This document shows, one piece after another, positions 59,181 to 64,000 of a stretch of DNA of 64,000 bases. Numbering within the stretch: the stretch's first letter is position 1; the number at the start of each line of letters is the position of its first letter. A model generated the notes under the pieces. The model saw only the letters and a program-made list of their open reading frames with translations, had not been told where the DNA came from and did not search any database. The stretch is from Batkoa obscura (lineage: Eukaryota), in contig JASVEC010000015.1 of the NCBI GenBank assembly GCA_030770535.1, positions 744,001 through 808,000 on the forward strand. The letters are read 5' to 3'. Position numbers and translations under genes: made by a program.

Positions 59181-60008
59181 ATGAAAGTCTACTGTTATTT
59201 ATTTCTACTAAATTTTATAACTTCGATAGATATAATCAACAAAGTAACAAACAATGGGCCCCCAATAACAGTAATAAGCGGCTTAGATCCAAACTTTAAA
59301 GACACAAATGTATTTATAAAAAATACTATAATCAAAAACGGGAAGAAGTATCAGCAAATCATCTCAAATAAAGATGGTTCCTATAACTCATATAGACCTT
59401 ATAACCCTTATAGCAATAATAATCCTTATAATAATAATAATAATCCTTACAATAATAATAACCCTTATAGCAATAATAATATAGAATACAACAAGTTAAG
59501 TGACAAAAATGATAATGATTTCCTATTAAAAAATGAATATCCAAGTCCAAAGCCAAATACCGATACTACAAACAATAAGGAAAATGAAGATCAACCAGTA
59601 AATGCATTAGCAAACAATAGCACAAATGGTCCACTTGACTATCGCTTAATGCTAGCTTATGTCAACCAAATAAGAAAAAAAGCGAATGCAAGGCCATTAA
59701 AATATAATTCTTTATTAACCAAATGTGCTCAGAGGCATAGTGATGATCAATATCGTCATCATAAAATGAGTCATGTGGGTTCAGATGGGTCTTCTCCAGG
59801 TGATCGAGTAAGTAATATTGGATACCGATGGCGAGCAGTGGCTGAAAATGTAGCGTGGAATCAAAGGACGGTTAAGGAGGTCGTGCTAGCTTGGTACCAT
59901 TCCCCAGGACATTATAAGAATATGATCAATAAGGAATATGACGAGTTTGGGGCTGGGGTCAATCACCTCTATTGGACGCAAGTGTTTGGGAGAGCTAGTA
60001 GTTTTTAG
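59181..60008 (+). CDS. Secreted CAP/SCP (PR-1-like) domain protein
   Basis: Signal peptide; NPYNNN repeat linker; VNQIR...PL.YNSLL..AQRHS, MSHVGSDGS, AENVA, WYHSPGHYKNM, YWTQVFG. Confidence 0.92.
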   Translation: MKVYCYLFLLNFITSIDIINKVTNNGPPITVISGLDPNFKDTNVFIKNTIIKNGKKYQQIISNKDGSYNSYRPYNPYSNNNPYNNNNNPYNNNNPYSNNNIEYNKLSDKNDNDFLLKNEYPSPKPNTDTTNNKENEDQPVNALANNSTNGPLDYRLMLAYVNQIRKKANARPLKYNSLLTKCAQRHSDDQYRHHKMSHVGSDGSSPGDRVSNIGYRWRAVAENVAWNQRTVKEVVLAWYHSPGHYKNMINKEYDEFGAGVNHLYWTQVFGRASSF

Positions 60009-60360
60009 AATAATGCTGAATGAGTTGTATGGAATAAATTAATCTGTTTAATATGTGAAGTCATTTTTATTTTTAGTATTTAATTAGTATATGAATTCAT
60101 TTAGTAATTGATAATAGTTCTATTTAGTAATTTAAACTTGTATTTTCTTTACTATTACTCAAATCTCAAACTTCAATTTTTTATAAAACTTTGTAGTTTT
60201 ATCAGCTACTAGTTAACCTAATTAAGATAATTGAAAAATTCAAAATCTACACTCAATAAATAAAGTTAGACTTATATCAAAGAAAGATATAAAAACATAA
60301 AAAAACATTTAAAATCTTATATAAAAAAATAATAAATAATAATAAATAATAATAAATACA

Positions 60361-61551
60361 ATGAAATTTCTCTTCTATTTAATCTGTTTAATACCATCCA
60401 TAGCAACATCAAGCCCAACCAATTATATAATATTACTAAAACAACAAGATGCTCAATCGAATGCAGGCATATCAACACAAGAGAATACTCGGTCCAATAT
60501 GGACATATTGAATATTCCTTTAACTAAAGTTCGCTCACTAATACAAAGTAACACAAGATCAGTTCTAAATAATACTGAATTACAATTGAAATATATCTAT
60601 AACCATGACAACTTCAAAGGGTATTGTGGACAATTTAGTCCTACCACAATAAAATCAATTCGTGGAATGAGAGAAGTAGAACTAATTGAAGAAGATAGAA
60701 CTATGAGCATTGATTTATTGCGTCAATTAAATGCTCCTTGGGGACTTAGTAGACTTTCACAAAGAATAAAGAAATCTAATGATTATGTATTTGATAATAA
60801 TGGTGGTAGTAATGTAAATGTATATGTGATTGACACAGGAATTAACATTAATCATCCTGAATTTGAAGGTCGTGCAAAATGGGGAAAAACGTTTTCCGAT
60901 TCGGATGATATAGATGACAATGGTCATGGTACTCATGTTGCTGGTACGGTAGGATCCAGGTTATATGGAGTAGCAAAAAAAGCCACTTTAGTTGCAGTTA
61001 AGGTGCTAAACGCTGAAGGTAGTGGAGCATATTCAGATATTATTGCTGGAATTCAATGGGCTGCTAAAGATGCCAAAAAGAATAAGAACACATCTGTAGC
61101 TAATATGTCTTTAGGTGGAGAATATTCTGAATCCATTAATAGAGCTGTAGAAGCAGCAGTTAAATCTGGCTTAGCATTTGCGGTTGCTGCAGGAAATGAT
61201 AATAATAATGCTTGTGATTATTCACCTGCTAGCTCTGAGTATGTGCTATCAGTTGGAGCTAGTAATAACCAAGACTTAAAAGCTAGTTTTTCTAATTGGG
61301 GAAAATGTGTGTCTTTATTTGCCCCTGGAGAGAATATTTTATCCACTTGGAACAATGGTAAAACTAACACAATTTCGGGTACTTCCATGGCTTCCCCTCA
61401 TGTTGCTGGACTTATGGCTTATTTCTTAAGCATTGAAAATTCAGATCCTTTTCAGTTATATGATAAAATTACTCAAGCTACTACAAAGGGTCAACTTAAA
61501 GGTCTAAATTTAAATACAAATAATTTATTAGCTTATAATTTAGTTGAATAA
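60361..61551 (+). CDS. Secreted subtilisin-like serine protease (S8, proteinase K type) with I9 prodomain
   Basis: Signal peptide; YIILLK prodomain; APWGLSRLS; catalytic triad VIDTG / HGTHVAG / GTSMASPHVAG. Confidence 0.96.
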   Translation: MKFLFYLICLIPSIATSSPTNYIILLKQQDAQSNAGISTQENTRSNMDILNIPLTKVRSLIQSNTRSVLNNTELQLKYIYNHDNFKGYCGQFSPTTIKSIRGMREVELIEEDRTMSIDLLRQLNAPWGLSRLSQRIKKSNDYVFDNNGGSNVNVYVIDTGININHPEFEGRAKWGKTFSDSDDIDDNGHGTHVAGTVGSRLYGVAKKATLVAVKVLNAEGSGAYSDIIAGIQWAAKDAKKNKNTSVANMSLGGEYSESINRAVEAAVKSGLAFAVAAGNDNNNACDYSPASSEYVLSVGASNNQDLKASFSNWGKCVSLFAPGENILSTWNNGKTNTISGTSMASPHVAGLMAYFLSIENSDPFQLYDKITQATTKGQLKGLNLNTNNLLAYNLVE

Positions 61552-61595
61552 ATAACAAATCATTCGTTTTTAACAACAAATAATATAATATTTTA

Positions 61596-62780
61596 TTATA
61601 ATAAATAAGCATGAATTAAGTTAGGAAATAGTTTTAAATTGATATGCTTATCTTGTAAATACAAAAATAAAATGCTATTTTTTAGAGGGAATTTTGGTAC
61701 TTGGTCGACAATTGTAGTTGACTTATTATGTACTATTAATCGTGTTAACTGTCTCAATTTAAAGTTAATACTCAACCAGAAATTCACATTAAGATATAGT
61801 GGACTTATTAAACAAAACTGTTGTAAAGAAGCTATACATTTAAAATGAGTAAAAGTATTATCATTCAATTTGGGATCATTAATAGTAAGCGATATCAACC
61901 TAAGTTTAGAGCAGAGATACCAAAAATGTTTATAATTGGAATTATTATCATTACCAAAATTCAACTTCTTCAAGTTTGGAAATTGGGAATATTGTTTTTT
62001 AGTTAATTTGATATTCTTTAGTGTTAAATGAGTTAATACCGAGTTTTTGACTAATTTGAATTGATGTAATAATTGATTATTATCATTGATTAACTCCAAG
62101 GTATGAAGTTGATTTGTATTGATATAATAAACTAATTTGTTGTTATGATTAAAATTGAGATATAGCTTCCGAATAGTGTTGTTATCAACGGTAACCGTAT
62201 TCATTTGATTATTCAACTTTCCATTTAAATTCAATACTTTTACATTCAAATTAAAACAATACGTCAACAAAGGTTGTTCAAATTGGAATAATCTAATAGA
62301 CAACGAATTTAATTGCTTTACCTTAGTCAATAGATTCAACATAGAGTCCGATTGAAATAATGGGAGATCTAAATGTAAACAGTTCAAACTATTAAATAGA
62401 AACAATTGGCTTTTTAGCCTATTACTACTTAATTTAAAACTTTTGATATGTTGAATTTCAATATTGAATTCCTTTTCAATTCTTAAATTACTAATATCGA
62501 TTTCTAACTTTCTTAGTTTTGTACAATACTTTAACACTTGTTTGATGTGACATTCATTCACCTGTTCCATCTTTATATGTTTGATTAAGTGACCTTTAGA
62601 TTTAATTACATTAATCCACAACTGATATTGTTTAATTCCTTTAATTTCCAGTTTATAAAGGATTTTATTTAAGATCAAGAGATACCATTCTTTGTATAAT
62701 AAAGCACTATTTAACTTATCGTCAATTGGTAATAAGTCCATGACCGTTTCAAGCATCAAGTAAGGTAATTTAGTTATCAT
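61596..62780 (-). CDS. F-box / leucine-rich-repeat-like protein
   Basis: N-terminal F-box-like KLPYLMLETVMDLLPIDDKLNSALLYKEWY, then repeated LxxLxL motifs (LRKLEI, LNSLSI, LHTLEL, LTHLTL, LKKLNF). Confidence 0.75.
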   Translation of the reverse strand: MITKLPYLMLETVMDLLPIDDKLNSALLYKEWYLLILNKILYKLEIKGIKQYQLWINVIKSKGHLIKHIKMEQVNECHIKQVLKYCTKLRKLEIDISNLRIEKEFNIEIQHIKSFKLSSNRLKSQLFLFNSLNCLHLDLPLFQSDSMLNLLTKVKQLNSLSIRLFQFEQPLLTYCFNLNVKVLNLNGKLNNQMNTVTVDNNTIRKLYLNFNHNNKLVYYINTNQLHTLELINDNNQLLHQFKLVKNSVLTHLTLKNIKLTKKQYSQFPNLKKLNFGNDNNSNYKHFWYLCSKLRLISLTINDPKLNDNTFTHFKCIASLQQFCLISPLYLNVNFWLSINFKLRQLTRLIVHNKSTTIVDQVPKFPLKNSILFLYLQDKHINLKLFPNLIHAYLL

Positions 62781-63918
62781 TTTTTTAAAGAGAATTAAAA
62801 GTCTTTTGTTCTATAAAATGAGTATTTATTTCCTTTTTTCCTTCTCCACATTTTTATTTTTATTTTTCTCACATTCTAGTTTTGGACTGGATTAATATTA
62901 TCATTCGTTAATTTTCAATTTCTTTTTTTAGATTTATAAAGTAATTTTTAAAAGTGGAGTTAAATTCTTATTTTACAATAAAATCAAATTCAAATTGATG
63001 ACTATAACTATATTTTAAATTAGTATACATATAACACCAACATAATAAAATAATAGTTGCCTCATATAAAACCTATCTTTACTGTTTTATTATTATTACT
63101 CTACTTTATATTTTATAGCTTCAAAAATACTTTTATCACATTCTATACAATACTCCAGTTAACCCGGTTCTAAAATCAAGATGTGACTGCTTTATCTATC
63201 CCTTAATGGCTAAGCTAAAGAATGATAGGTTCCCACCTGGCCATTGGTTTAAGATGACGTTGTAGAGCTTCAAATGATTTGTAGTTGATTCGATTTTAGA
63301 AAAGTACTTACCAAAGAGCTTCACTTGATTGGTTAGGTATTGGATCATAATTTGTTGATTTTAGGGGTGGGTAAATAAAAGCTAAATATTTTGGATGACT
63401 CTATTAGATTCTTGTATTTTAAATGGGCAAAAATTGCGTTACAATTTTGTTCAGATTTTAAACCTTGGAATAAACTTCCAAGCAAGTTGAAATCTTCAAA
63501 AGAAAAATTGGCATATTACACTTTTTCCAAAGTGTTTACTAAAAAATTTGATTGGCAATTTATCTTTTTTAACTTGAATGTATTGTAATATAGTGCAAAT
63601 GATCACTTTGTTGATCCAGAACTGAGTCAATTTAATTCTTTATAACTAGAAAACTTTACTGCAAGATTTTAAAATGAAAATCTGTAATTAATTTCTTCAA
63701 AAATAAAATAAGCCTTATTGAATTAAATGAATAGCTATTTAATTAGCAATTAAACTTAAATAAATACTTTATAAAGTTTCTAAATTTATTTAAAATCATT
63801 AACTAATAATAAAATAAAATTAACTGGTGTATGTTAAATCAAGGTACAATCATAAATTAAAGTTAACAAACAAAACAGAATAAAATTTAATTTTTATAAT
63901 AATTCAACTTTAATAGAC

Positions 63919-64000
63919 GGAGGTGTATTTTTGTTTAAGAATTTACTAACAGTTTTTCTGCTCAAATAGTACTCAAAAGAGGAAAAGTAATGAAATCAAA
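63919..64000 (+). mobile_element. MITE family 1 copy cut by the window end
   Basis: GGAGGTGTATTTTTGTTTAAGAATTTACTAACAGTTTTTCTGCTCAAATAGTACTC...AAAGTAATGAAATCAAA. Confidence 0.8.

Noticed and set aside
63160..63690. Possible degraded retroelement or gene fragment around ORF 63391-63588
   Set aside because: No RT, integrase or transposase motif identifiable by eye

Overview
This is a very AT-rich eukaryotic window with short GT-AG introns, a myosin-motor chitin synthase and fungal-type genes. It is a fungal nuclear genome; an early-diverging lineage such as Entomophthoromycota/Conidiobolus is an inference only. It holds one tRNA-Arg(UCU), about 24 protein genes and one decayed NADP-oxidoreductase pseudogene. 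The genes include a LEA-like protein, RRN7, UPS1, chitin synthase, a homeobox gene, an MFS transporter, a scramblase, a divergent Cdc20-like WD40, tyrosinase, a SUN-family protein, a Nudix hydrolase, TSPO, OPT, an Opy2-like protein, a WSC protein, a sugar porter, CAP, subtilisin and an F-box protein. Two structures stand out. (1) A ~16-kb mirror locus (B1-A1 <- 7.6-kb core -> A2-B2) of four ~640-aa paralogues resembling fungal transcription-factor middle-homology proteins without a Zn2Cys6 head. The mirror copies are a patchwork of identical and strongly diverged tracts, including a 1,069-bp apparently identical inverted repeat that begins at the start codon, so it is a candidate gene-conversion or flip-flop inversion system. 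(2) A ~99-bp MITE family present 15 times in the window, with GRGGATG...CATCCYC termini, 4-bp target-site duplications (ATAT/ATTT/GTAT), an internal hairpin and CpG-decay variants. A second, older TA-flanked MITE-like element is also present. All alignments were done by eye.
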